From: a virus
Lineage: Duplodnaviria; Caudoviricetes
Virus record (IMG/VR): IMGVR_UViG_2706796186_000001
Coordinates: 160,001-224,000 of that record
Strand: one strand, 5' to 3'
Length of the DNA stretch: 64,000 bases
Positions 28,972 to 38,469 of the stretch are shown here, piece after piece. The notes beneath the pieces are model-generated. The model searched no databases. It saw only the letters and a list, made by a program, of their open reading frames with translations, and was not told where the DNA came from. A program made the translations under genes and the position numbers. The stretch's first letter is position 1, and every line of letters starts with the position of its first letter.

Positions 28972-29696
28972 GAACAGGACGTCGCTATCTGGTAGATATA
29001 GATACACTTTTCGACACCCGCTTAGGTTGGGCGAAGGTCATTGCACCCGAGGCGTTAGAGAAGCTCGAGTTAGATGCTTTTCGTAAACGTCACACCGATA
29101 TCTGGGCAGAAGCGATTGGTATCCAAAACTGGTCCGAACAACTCAAACAACGTGACAAGCGCGCGTTGTTCCTGTCAGACCCGACAGAGTTTCTGTTAGG
29201 TTTGAAGAATCAGGTGCTCGTTGACTTGACCACATTAGTAATGTCGTCGCCTATTGACCGACCGACTGTTACGATTAACATGTGGCCTTACACCGACCTC
29301 ACGGCTGAACAATCGGATGCGTTCTTGCAGAACTTCCGTCAGCTGTACAACGAGGTTAAGGTGGACATGGTCTATATCGATCACAAAGATCTTTCACCTG
29401 GACGTCTCGACAGCATGTGGGACATCTGGTACATGTTCGACTGGTTTAATTGGGTCACTGTCCACGCGGGAAATTTTGCGAAAAAAATACCCCAGTTTAA
29501 AATCCACCCGCCAGCGTTGCTGACGGACGGACTTACGACTGAGGCGATTGAAGCGATAGAGCGCGACGGGGTCAATCCGTTCAGTGCCTTGACACGGTTC
29601 ATGGAAGAACTGGTCACTATCGATCCGGTGGATGCCCGGCTGTATTCTATTCTTCGTCCCCTGAATTCCCCGGACGAGCAAACGCCACAGCCATAA
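28968..29696 (+). CDS. Conserved hypothetical protein (HAD-like N-terminus)
   Basis: LVDIDTLFDTR motif, ATGA coupling. Confidence 0.7.
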   Translation: MRTGRRYLVDIDTLFDTRLGWAKVIAPEALEKLELDAFRKRHTDIWAEAIGIQNWSEQLKQRDKRALFLSDPTEFLLGLKNQVLVDLTTLVMSSPIDRPTVTINMWPYTDLTAEQSDAFLQNFRQLYNEVKVDMVYIDHKDLSPGRLDSMWDIWYMFDWFNWVTVHAGNFAKKIPQFKIHPPALLTDGLTTEAIEAIERDGVNPFSALTRFMEELVTIDPVDARLYSILRPLNSPDEQTPQP

Positions 29697-30111
29697 TGGC
29701 ATTCACGTCAATCTTTTCGCCAACGGGTGCCAGCTCGCCTTCTTTGTGTTCCTGTTTGGGGACGTTAGGAAGCGCGGGTTGGTACCCGGTGTTTTCTTCG
29801 CTGTTATCGTCGTGACGTTGGATACGCACACCCGGACGACCAAGCACGACCGAGTTCAGTGCATTGGCCACGTCTTGTGCAGCTCCGGCTGTTTTCTGGG
29901 CAGCGTCGGCACGACGTTTACCGAGGATTTGTCTGTCGACACCCGACAGCATTTTCTCAAGGGAGTTGACGAGGTCTTTGTCCTTGTGGACACTCTCGTC
30001 TTCCATGATGAGGTTAGCCACGCGAATACGGGCTTGACGGGTTTGGCGGAGAAGCGACTCTTCGTCATCAACATCTCCGTCGAAGGCTTGGTACTTCACT
30101 TCTTCGCTCAT
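29647..30111 (-). CDS. Hypothetical protein
   Basis: RBS GAGGA; 3' end overlaps the convergent gene by 50 nt. Confidence 0.7.
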   Translation of the reverse strand: MSEEVKYQAFDGDVDDEESLLRQTRQARIRVANLIMEDESVHKDKDLVNSLEKMLSGVDRQILGKRRADAAQKTAGAAQDVANALNSVVLGRPGVRIQRHDDNSEENTGYQPALPNVPKQEHKEGELAPVGEKIDVNAIMAVAFARPGNSGDEE

Positions 30112-30140
30112 GGGTATTCCTCTTTTTAAAAAAGAACTCA

Positions 30141-30161
30141 GACAGATATTATCTTGATGAG
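30141..30161 (+). promoter_or_regulatory. Putative early promoter
   Basis: GACAGATATTATCTTGATGAG. Confidence 0.6.
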
Positions 30162-30185
30162 ATTATCTCAACTAAGGATCAACTT

Positions 30186-30719
30186 ATGTTGTTCGAATGG
30201 CTCACGTTTCCTTTAAAGCGATACGCCCATAAGCGGCGTAGAAGCTATTTAGAGGCCGAGTTCCATAAGAATACCCAGAATACTTATCAGAGGGTCCTAA
30301 TAGGCTTAGCGTTGCTTACAGAACCTCTGGAGTATAACGGTAATACTTACCGTAGTATTGACCTGATGGGTAATCTGGAACTCCGGTGTAAAAGCTTCGA
30401 TATTGTTCATCAGCGGTTTGCCTTTCTGCTGCGTGAATACGATCGGGTGCTAAACACCACTGGACGCAATCCAGACTGGAGTCCCTATCCTGCGGTGATT
30501 GACACCCAACAGGATAAACCGATGTTGCGTTGGTTCGATGAGTATTTCGGAACAAGCAGCACGGATGTCGTACGGCAGAAGTTACGTCGAACGTACGAAT
30601 TGTTAGAGACTTATCGAGACGTATACAGCAGTAAAACCAATCCAGAACAAGATGTGCTGTTTAACCTGACGCGCCATCTCGTTCGTGAGTTAGAGACCAT
30701 AGTGGAACACTACCTCTAA
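30186..30719 (+). CDS. Hypothetical protein
   Basis: RBS AAGGA. Confidence 0.75.
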   Translation: MLFEWLTFPLKRYAHKRRRSYLEAEFHKNTQNTYQRVLIGLALLTEPLEYNGNTYRSIDLMGNLELRCKSFDIVHQRFAFLLREYDRVLNTTGRNPDWSPYPAVIDTQQDKPMLRWFDEYFGTSSTDVVRQKLRRTYELLETYRDVYSSKTNPEQDVLFNLTRHLVRELETIVEHYL

Positions 30720-30750
30720 TCCGTTCATCTCCTTGGAACAAGGGCGAACT

Positions 30751-31593
30751 ATGAGTAAGAAAAATAGCAAGTTGAAAAAGTTGCTGGCAGAAGGCGTCCC
30801 AGACGATACCCCCATTGGGATATACCTTCGTACAGCATACTGGAATCTCGTGAAACACGAAATGCGTTTAGCTCCGGTGGACTGGATGGTGTTGTTGAAA
30901 GCGTACGTGGCGGATGAACGCTTCGTGGGTCGTTCAACAGCAGAGCCAAAGGAGCGTGAAAGTCGGCTGATTAACGCCTTAACCGGTGGCTCGGTAAGGG
31001 GTGTCAGTGTGGACTTCACTTGGGTGCGGTTCATTGAAAGTTTGGTGATGTTGCGCATCGAAACGTTAACGTTAACTGCGAAAGCAACCCGTGGTAAGTT
31101 TGGGGCAGCGAAGATCGTGCACGCTTCCTGTAATCCCAAACAAGAACTGCTGCGGATTGTGGACGGGGAAATGGACGAAGACCTGAAAGGGTCGGCGAGT
31201 CAAACGTTAAACGCGTTCTTCAAAGACCGGCAGCGTACAGCGTCGCAGGTCATGGAGCACATCTTACTCAAAGTCTTATGGAGCTTCTTTGTTGAATACA
31301 ACATCGACTCTGAGATGTGGCGCAAACTGTCAACGGCTTATGTTAATAACCCGAAGAACTGTCCGGCGCTGTCTAACCGGCGCAACGACAAACGACACAA
31401 TCTGCAATCGGCTATTCGTTACACGAAGAAGATTTCTTGGAAGAAGTTCCTTGAAGCGCTGAAAGCGATTGATGTTCGTGAGTTTCGTTGTGCGTTCTTG
31501 TGTACCAACGACAAGAACCAGTCCTTCGAGACAGAAATCGTCGTTGACCTAACCCAACTCGTTTTCTGGAGTAACCGCAATGAGTCTGAATAA
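30751..31593 (+). CDS. Hypothetical protein with an internal domain duplication
   Basis: Two copies of W..L..AYV ... L..A ... (T/S)W..F.E.L. Confidence 0.75.
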   Translation: MSKKNSKLKKLLAEGVPDDTPIGIYLRTAYWNLVKHEMRLAPVDWMVLLKAYVADERFVGRSTAEPKERESRLINALTGGSVRGVSVDFTWVRFIESLVMLRIETLTLTAKATRGKFGAAKIVHASCNPKQELLRIVDGEMDEDLKGSASQTLNAFFKDRQRTASQVMEHILLKVLWSFFVEYNIDSEMWRKLSTAYVNNPKNCPALSNRRNDKRHNLQSAIRYTKKISWKKFLEALKAIDVREFRCAFLCTNDKNQSFETEIVVDLTQLVFWSNRNESE

Positions 31594-32908
31594 ACTGGGC
31601 GGGTTTTCTAACTCGCTTGAAAGCAAAGCGAGCGGTGCGATCGACCGGGTCAACAATGTCCAAAACGCGGCGGTGAATACTGTCAATAATGTACAGAACG
31701 GGGTGAACAACGCCGTTAACACTGTACAGAACACCGTAGACAGTGCAGAGCGGGGGATTCAATCCGCTCAGAACCTCTACAACGACAGTGTGGAAAAAGC
31801 CGGGAAAGCCTACGACAGTCTGACCAGTGGGGCCAGCACTATCAAGGAGAAACTCGGCAACCTGTTTGGAGGTAGCGACTTAGCCACTTCTAACGCGGTC
31901 AAGGCACCGGGATCGGCAGCATCGGGGACATCGCCCGGTAGCCGTATCGCAGGCTTTTCAACCGATCCGAAAGAAACGCTTCCGAGCATCAACCCATTAA
32001 ACCGTGAAGTGGCTGAACCTTTCAAGCCTAAGAACGAAGCCGCTAACGGGGTGCTCGATTACCTGAAACCCGGTAAGGCAGGCAGTCTGCTGTCACAAGG
32101 GTTCAGTAAGCTTACCGCGTTACGTGACAGTGCGCTGAGTGCGGTTGGTACCGACTATGCTTCCGTCAAGAAGCGCATTGAGTCGACCATGCAAGTCGCC
32201 GGTCAGTTAGCCCGTCTGCCGGGTGAGGTGCAGCAAGAGATTAACTCGTACGTCTCTGCGGTCAACCAAACCCGTAACGAAATCACCGCGGTAATTGATG
32301 GGGCAACCCAAACCTTTAAGTCCTTCAAAGACTTCGATGATTATCTGGCAATCGACAGTTTCATTGAAAGCTTCAAGGGCAGTAACAGTCTGGCCAATTT
32401 TGATATTGGTACAACCTCTGGTCTCATCTACGGCTTATCCAGTAAACTGTCTGAGTACGGTCTGCCGGGGAAAACCGTGTCCATGGTCGATGCCATTACT
32501 GACCCGGTTGCCAAACGCGCCATGTACGGCGAGTTACTGGTGCAAGCGGCAAGTGTCGGGAACATTGACACCGTGGAGTTCTACCTGACCAAACTCGAAC
32601 CCGGCCAAGGGTTGGAGCTGGCGAATGATGTTATCCAGAAATTGTTCGGGAGCCTGCAAGTCGACACTGGCGTAGGATTGAAATCTTACGGCACCCGCTT
32701 GCTGAGCATCTGTAATTCACTCGATCCGAAATGGGACAAGACGAAAGTCGCCCCAGTGCGTACCGAGTTGCTGAATTACACGTACTGCAATATCAATGCA
32801 TTGCAGGCACTGTTAACGACTGACAAACGCAAGTATGTGTGTGCGGCAGGTAGCCGTCGCCTACAACGTGCAGATGTGTTGGTCAACCAGTTCTTCCCGG
32901 CAGCCTGA
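31580..32908 (+). CDS. Probable virion structural protein with N-terminal Asn/Val repeats
   Basis: RBS GGAG; VNNVQN-type 11-mer repeats. Confidence 0.6.
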   Translation: MSLNKLGGFSNSLESKASGAIDRVNNVQNAAVNTVNNVQNGVNNAVNTVQNTVDSAERGIQSAQNLYNDSVEKAGKAYDSLTSGASTIKEKLGNLFGGSDLATSNAVKAPGSAASGTSPGSRIAGFSTDPKETLPSINPLNREVAEPFKPKNEAANGVLDYLKPGKAGSLLSQGFSKLTALRDSALSAVGTDYASVKKRIESTMQVAGQLARLPGEVQQEINSYVSAVNQTRNEITAVIDGATQTFKSFKDFDDYLAIDSFIESFKGSNSLANFDIGTTSGLIYGLSSKLSEYGLPGKTVSMVDAITDPVAKRAMYGELLVQAASVGNIDTVEFYLTKLEPGQGLELANDVIQKLFGSLQVDTGVGLKSYGTRLLSICNSLDPKWDKTKVAPVRTELLNYTYCNINALQALLTTDKRKYVCAAGSRRLQRADVLVNQFFPAA

Positions 32909-32920
32909 AGGTAAAAGATT

Positions 32921-33955
32921 ATGACAAACGTTGAAATGAGAGAACTGCGTGACCTGATTGCTCTGGTACGCGGTTCGGACTGGGAACCCGAAGTACGCGA
33001 TCGCATTGCTGCCCGGTTAATACTGGCTCAACTTCAGGGGCCAAACTGGACACATGCGTTCAACAAATCACTGCCACTCGAACAACGGGTGATGGGGTTT
33101 GATTCATCAGCAATGGATAGAACGTTAGCGAGCAGACTGGCGACATCGCTGGGCTTGTCGTTGGTCGAGCAAATCGGCCAGTTCGATCCACGCTGGTTTG
33201 ATGGGGAACTTTCCTACCTGTCTGCGAACCCCCAGTTCCGTGAGAAGATTGTGCGTCGTTTACGCTCGGTCGGTTACCGGAGTCTGGCCACAGACAAGAT
33301 TCCGTCTACGGACGGACTCAACCATTACAACATTTATTCGCAGTCTCGCAACCCGGTAGGTCAATTGGCAAGTAACTTTGCCTCCAGTCCTGATGGGTCG
33401 TACTTCGACACGCCACATGGCCCGTATCGTACGCTGGAAGGGTATTACCATGTCCTGCGCGTACTGGATTACTTTCTGTACATTGATGCTGAGGAGAAGA
33501 TTTCTGATTACCCCCTCTATCAGTTCAATGGCAATCCTATCGAACGTGATCTGTTCATCCTCGAATGCTTCAGCATGAAGTTTCCTGAGATTGACAGAAT
33601 GCGGGAGGTTGATGGGGCAGAAGGGATACGGACAGGGCGGGTGTTGAAGAAGGCTGTTTACGGTGGGTCACGTTACCGTCCGGGTGCATTCTCTGAGCAT
33701 GTCGAACGCTGTTTTATGAAGGCGGTCGTGCACAAGCTGCATAAACTTAAACTGGATGGCGTGTGTCTTGGGAATATCATGGCGGAGATTCATCAGCAGG
33801 GTATTCCGTTTGAGCACTACTACGTGATGAACGGGAAGATTCACATTCCAAACCATGCGGATTGGTTACCCGGTCTGTATACGCGGATTGTGGAAAACAT
33901 CGACCCGTATGCCGTGGACTTCGACCCAGAGGACGTCATCAAACAACTGGGGTAA
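32921..33955 (+). CDS. NADAR-like domain protein (T4 gp30.3-like) with an extra N-terminal region
   Basis: HYNIYSQSRNPVGQLASNF ... GPYRTLEGYY ... F.HYY. Confidence 0.6.
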   Translation: MTNVEMRELRDLIALVRGSDWEPEVRDRIAARLILAQLQGPNWTHAFNKSLPLEQRVMGFDSSAMDRTLASRLATSLGLSLVEQIGQFDPRWFDGELSYLSANPQFREKIVRRLRSVGYRSLATDKIPSTDGLNHYNIYSQSRNPVGQLASNFASSPDGSYFDTPHGPYRTLEGYYHVLRVLDYFLYIDAEEKISDYPLYQFNGNPIERDLFILECFSMKFPEIDRMREVDGAEGIRTGRVLKKAVYGGSRYRPGAFSEHVERCFMKAVVHKLHKLKLDGVCLGNIMAEIHQQGIPFEHYYVMNGKIHIPNHADWLPGLYTRIVENIDPYAVDFDPEDVIKQLG

Positions 33956-33961
33956 ATCGAT

Positions 33962-34621
33962 ATGTCATTTCTTGACACCATTGATGAACTGGAACGGGGT
34001 GAAGAAGAAGGTGTCATGAAAGTGGCACGGGAATCTATCTCGACCGAAACTGAGAAAGAGTATTGTCTTTGGGTGAAGCCCACTGCGGAAGGCTGGGAGT
34101 GGCTACGTGAGCAACAGGCGTCGATGTACATTGACACCCTGATGCCCATTAACCGTGGCAAGCGCCGTGTGCGGTTAACCGAAGACCATAAAGCCGTGCT
34201 GACCGTGAAGCGTTTTGCTGACGAAGGGTGTATCGAAGAGAACTCCGATATCGGGTTTGATACGGCACTCACCTTCTATCAGGACGACTTCGTGTCGCAT
34301 TTGGTCAAACGCATCCATCTACCCGCGGGTGAGTTAGAAGCCAAAGGCGGTAAGCATTGGGACATTGACGTGTTCTACCGTGCCGGTGGTCATCCACAAC
34401 TGCTGAACGCAGACGACTACGACGCTTTGCTCAACACCATGAAGCAGGGCAGCTCGTACGGCGAGTGGGTGAAGGTGGAGTTGGAAGTAGAACGGTTTGA
34501 AATGGAATCGATTCGCGAACACATTCCGTTTGCGGTTGAAGACGTCATTCCGTCGCGCCCAACCAAGCCCGAAGACCAGGAGTTCATTCGCAACTACTGG
34601 GACGTGGACACACGTCTGTAA
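33962..34621 (+). CDS. CYTH (triphosphate tunnel metalloenzyme) protein with an acidic leader
   Basis: ETEKE, RRVR, LTVK, EE...I, KR, WDIDVF and VELEV in CYTH order. Confidence 0.7.
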   Translation: MSFLDTIDELERGEEEGVMKVARESISTETEKEYCLWVKPTAEGWEWLREQQASMYIDTLMPINRGKRRVRLTEDHKAVLTVKRFADEGCIEENSDIGFDTALTFYQDDFVSHLVKRIHLPAGELEAKGGKHWDIDVFYRAGGHPQLLNADDYDALLNTMKQGSSYGEWVKVELEVERFEMESIREHIPFAVEDVIPSRPTKPEDQEFIRNYWDVDTRL

Positions 34622-34627
34622 CAGATG

Positions 34628-34663
34628 ACCACTCCTTCGGGAGTGGTTTTCTTTTTTCTTTTT
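34628..34663 (+). terminator. Rho-independent terminator (UUCG loop)
   Basis: ACCACTCC-TTCG-GGAGTGGT followed by a T-tract. Confidence 0.85.
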
Positions 34664-34684
34664 ACACCATGTTGGCTAACTATG
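34660..34684 (+). promoter_or_regulatory. Putative TTTTAC-N15-TATG promoter for the thyA operon
   Basis: Conserved 15-nt spacing. Confidence 0.55.
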
Positions 34685-34708
34685 TAGAAATCCTAGGGAA
34701 TAACTAAA

Positions 34709-35137
34709 ATGAATACACTGTCTTTCGAAGCGGGTAAAGGGTTAAGCGTTAACGGACATCTGGTACCGGACACCAACAACCACCATTTTGAAAAGCTCTA
34801 CCGCCGTATCGGGGTAGGGCGTAAGGTCAACCTGAAAATCACCAACGAGATTGCCCTCAATGGCAACGTGGCGGCTTTAGGTCCGATGTATGGCTTCCGT
34901 CCAAGCCAAGACGCTGCTGCTGCCCTGTTGCAGCACGGTGAGTTTAGCAGCGGTGTGTACGCATTCCGTTTACTCGGTTCGCTACGTCGGGTGTCGAACA
35001 AACACGTTGGTCAGGGCATGACGCCAACCGTTTTACAAAGCGGTGAGATTATTGTCCTCGTACATTCCAATCACGAATATAAGTCGGGTTTGGATTTCAT
35101 GATTAGCTATTCCGAAGTGGAGAATGCAGATGTCTGA
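34709..35137 (+). CDS. Hypothetical protein
   Basis: 142-aa ORF, first in the operon. Confidence 0.7.
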   Translation: MNTLSFEAGKGLSVNGHLVPDTNNHHFEKLYRRIGVGRKVNLKITNEIALNGNVAALGPMYGFRPSQDAAAALLQHGEFSSGVYAFRLLGSLRRVSNKHVGQGMTPTVLQSGEIIVLVHSNHEYKSGLDFMISYSEVENADV

Positions 35138-36014
35138 TAAAGCTTACCCCGTCTTAAAGAACTTTGAACGTGTCGATACGTGGAACACCAATTCAGACAT
35201 TTATCGTCATGGTAATGTGCATCAGCAGTCGCTGAAAATGTATCGCCATCTTGGTGATCTGTGTGAAGGCGTCCAGAAAATGAAACAGCTGGATGTGGCC
35301 TCCGCGATGGGTAAGTTTGTGGTGGCGTTGGTCGGCGTGGCTTCCTTCGCAGGGGTCGATGCAGAGGAGCTGGATGAGCTTTACAGCTACGCAGGCAGAA
35401 AGGCTACGGCATGTACCCCAGCGCAAGCTGCGTGCAATCTGGTGCGTTCTACGACGTCTATGGTCAACGATATCAACCAGTGGTTGTCTCCGGCGGGTAC
35501 GCAGATGGCCAGAGCGATTGCAACGTCCTCTATCTGCGAAGTTTTCTGTTTGCTCAAGCAGAATGCTTCCTTGAATGCGGTGGTGTTAGACCGCACGATT
35601 GAGAACGCCACGAACTGTCTTCTGAAAAAGACCGGTAAGATGGACGAGTTCGGCATCTTCCATCCCGAGGCAGCTGAGCCTACCCGCTTCGGCGGTGAAG
35701 TAACGGCTCGGGGCGAAGCGCTGTGGGCTAAACAGTTTATCCTCAACGGGTTGAAAGGACGGTTCGCCGAATTGACCGTTCGCTTCCAGTTTGAAGTCGT
35801 GGGTGATGACATCTCCGAGGTGATTGAGCAGGACATGAATGTCAAACTCAAGGAGCTGTTAGAGAAACATGTCTTGCGCAAGCCTGAGTACCGCCATCTC
35901 ATGAACGACCGTAAGCCCGCAATCGTCGCGGTGAAGAACCATGATCAACTTGAGGTTCTCCCGAACGACGATCTCAAGGAACTGCTTAACGAATTAGAAA
36001 AGGTAACTGGCTGA
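35124..36014 (+). CDS. Degenerate MazG-like protein with a C-terminal extension
   Basis: Aligns by eye with 39151..39984, but the metal-binding acidic residues are replaced. Confidence 0.55.
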   Translation: MQMSDKAYPVLKNFERVDTWNTNSDIYRHGNVHQQSLKMYRHLGDLCEGVQKMKQLDVASAMGKFVVALVGVASFAGVDAEELDELYSYAGRKATACTPAQAACNLVRSTTSMVNDINQWLSPAGTQMARAIATSSICEVFCLLKQNASLNAVVLDRTIENATNCLLKKTGKMDEFGIFHPEAAEPTRFGGEVTARGEALWAKQFILNGLKGRFAELTVRFQFEVVGDDISEVIEQDMNVKLKELLEKHVLRKPEYRHLMNDRKPAIVAVKNHDQLEVLPNDDLKELLNELEKVTG

Positions 36015-37069
36015 TGAAACAGTATTTGGAATTGATGCACACCGTGTTGAACGAAGGTCACGAGAAAGCTGACCGTACCGGCACGGGCACCATCTCTATT
36101 TTCGGGTATCAGATGCGTTTTGACCTGCGCAAAGGGTTCCCGCTGGTCACCACCAAAAAGTTGCACCTGCGATCTATCATCCACGAACTGTTGTGGTTCC
36201 TGAACGGCGACACCAACATCCAGTATCTGAAAGACAACAACGTCAGTATCTGGGATGAGTGGGCAGATGAAGATGGCGATCTTGGCCCCGTCTACGGTAA
36301 GCAGTGGCGTGCATGGGTTGCTGACAAAATGGTGTCTATTGATGACATGAACCTACGCCAGCATTTGGAAGACGAAGGGTATATCGAGCGTGACATGATG
36401 TCTATCGAAGGGGAGCATTATTTCCTTTACAGCAAAACCATCGATCAGATTCAGACTATCATCGACCAACTGCGTAACGATCCTGACAGCCGTCGCATCA
36501 TCGTCAGTGCGTGGAATGTGGGTGAACTTGACCAGATGGCGTTAGCGCCCTGCCATTCGTTTTTCCAGTTCTACTCTCGCCCGATGATGGGCAAAGAGCT
36601 GGATGCGTATTTGGCGGAGTACCTTAAAACCGATGCGCAGTTAGCCGAAAAACACGCCGAGCAAGTTGCCCTTTGTGAGGCTGACCCGGAAGGGGATCAC
36701 GTTAGCACGCACATGTTCTGCCTGACCAACGATATACCGACGCGTGTACTGTCCTGTCAGCTTTACCAGCGCAGTGCAGACGTCTTCCTCGGTGTCCCGT
36801 TCAACATCGCTTCGTACGCTCTGTTGGTTCACATGGTGGCACAGCAGGTCAATATGGTGGCGGGTGATTTCGTCTGGACGGGCGGCGATACCCATCTGTA
36901 CTCTAACCATCTGGAACAGGCCACGTTGCAGCTCTCCCGTGTACCGCATGATCTGCCTAAGCTCGTTATCAAACGTAAACCGGATTCCATTTTCGACTAT
37001 AAGTTCGAAGATTTTGAAATCGTGGGTTACGAAAGCCACCCACCCATTAAGGCACCGGTTGCCATCTAA
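36014..37069 (+). CDS. thyA: Thymidylate synthase
   Basis: [50 protein letters not shown]; two in-frame insertions. Confidence 0.98.
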   Translation: MKQYLELMHTVLNEGHEKADRTGTGTISIFGYQMRFDLRKGFPLVTTKKLHLRSIIHELLWFLNGDTNIQYLKDNNVSIWDEWADEDGDLGPVYGKQWRAWVADKMVSIDDMNLRQHLEDEGYIERDMMSIEGEHYFLYSKTIDQIQTIIDQLRNDPDSRRIIVSAWNVGELDQMALAPCHSFFQFYSRPMMGKELDAYLAEYLKTDAQLAEKHAEQVALCEADPEGDHVSTHMFCLTNDIPTRVLSCQLYQRSADVFLGVPFNIASYALLVHMVAQQVNMVAGDFVWTGGDTHLYSNHLEQATLQLSRVPHDLPKLVIKRKPDSIFDYKFEDFEIVGYESHPPIKAPVAI

Positions 37070-37078
37070 GGAACACGT

Positions 37079-37579
37079 ATGTCCGACAACGTACTGAAGT
37101 TTCCAGGTAAACCTAATGCACATCCAGTCGTTGTCGCGCCCCGCGAGCATCGCGCACACTTTCCTATCCACACTCGTGATGGGAAGGTGGACGCGTTTAC
37201 AGTACCGGCGTGTGATATGTATTGGTGGGCGGCGATTTACGAACAGGTGGCGGCCACCAACCCGTATTTCGAAAACGTCTTTTACTTTTACTCCGAACCT
37301 TACGGCTGGCAGAATCAATCCTTTACGAAACGTAAAGTGTCGTGTGAATTGACGATTGACCGCCGAACCCTGATAGAGATATTGAAAGCGGTGTCCTATA
37401 CGCACATTCTGTCTCTTGACGGTTACCTGAACGATAACGATTACGAGATAGTCCATGACAATGCCATCATGGTGTTGGCTGACGATTTAGAAATCGATTA
37501 TGCGATGGGGATCTTCATGTCCCCGACAACGAACCCCGACCGGTTCATCATTAATTTCGTGGAATGCCATAATGACTGA
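37079..37579 (+). CDS. Hypothetical protein
   Basis: RBS AAGGA. Confidence 0.75.
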   Translation: MSDNVLKFPGKPNAHPVVVAPREHRAHFPIHTRDGKVDAFTVPACDMYWWAAIYEQVAATNPYFENVFYFYSEPYGWQNQSFTKRKVSCELTIDRRTLIEILKAVSYTHILSLDGYLNDNDYEIVHDNAIMVLADDLEIDYAMGIFMSPTTNPDRFIINFVECHND

Positions 37580-38447
37580 CAAACTCAATAACCTGTATTT
37601 CTTCTCTGACCGTTTCTACACCATGCCGGGTGACAACTACTCCTTCGGTATTGTTGCTGCGAAAGACACGGCCGAAGCCAAACTGATGCTGGGCACCGAA
37701 CTGGTTGATGGCCTGCCGCTGGCCACCACGAACGCAACCGGCCAGATTCTGTGTGCGGAAGAAATCCGTCACATCGAACCGCGTGCCGACAGCGTAGCGA
37801 AAACCGTGGTTGCTGACCTGTGGAAACTGAATGACGGCGTGGATGTTTCCGAGCGTGTGAAATACCTGCGCGAAACCATTTCGAAAATGCAGGGTATTGA
37901 CTGTAGCGTACTGGAAGTGGACTTCACCCGTTGTCTGCGTATTCCGGGCGGCTGTACCAGCACCGGCAGTGACCTGTGGCGCATCATGGTGAAACACCCA
38001 GACTTCCCGAACACCGTACCGATCATGCTGTCTGCGCAGGGCGACGGTTCAATCACCGGTAACGATGATGTGAACTTCACCAAACTCGGTGAAACCGAAG
38101 AGTACACCTACCACGAAAATGTGGATCGTGTGCTGACGCCTGAATGGCTCCTGCTGGACTTGTTGGAACAGCACGGCCTGACCCCAGAAGACTGGTACGT
38201 GATTGCCGGTACGGCGCGTGCAGCAGCCTATAGCGCTGCCCCGGTAGACGGCTGGGAAGAAGTGAACGAAGTGTATGGTCAGAATGAAAGTGCGCACGTT
38301 ATCCGCTTCTGGCTGAACCCAGACTGGCAGAACCTGATTGTGGCGGCTGTGGCGAAAGTGGTTGAGTCCATGCCAAAAGAGCCGCTGCCAGAAAACCTCG
38401 CCGACGAACTGGCGGGTTCCGAATCTGCGGACGAAGCCGCAGAGTAA
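37572..38447 (+). CDS. Acidic hypothetical protein
   Basis: Start MTDKLN, overlaps the upstream stop. Confidence 0.75.
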   Translation: MTDKLNNLYFFSDRFYTMPGDNYSFGIVAAKDTAEAKLMLGTELVDGLPLATTNATGQILCAEEIRHIEPRADSVAKTVVADLWKLNDGVDVSERVKYLRETISKMQGIDCSVLEVDFTRCLRIPGGCTSTGSDLWRIMVKHPDFPNTVPIMLSAQGDGSITGNDDVNFTKLGETEEYTYHENVDRVLTPEWLLLDLLEQHGLTPEDWYVIAGTARAAAYSAAPVDGWEEVNEVYGQNESAHVIRFWLNPDWQNLIVAAVAKVVESMPKEPLPENLADELAGSESADEAAE

Positions 38448-38469
38448 CTTAACTGAAAAGGTGAATAAA

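Noticed and set aside
36310-36745. Intein or intron in thyA
   Set aside because: The inserts are short and in frame, with no splice-junction residues or homing endonuclease.
37388-37411. AVSYTH peptide resembling translated Nextera adapter (AVSYTHL)
   Set aside because: The DNA is gcggtgtcctatacgcacatt, not CTGTCTCTTATACACATCT, and the ORF continues normally.
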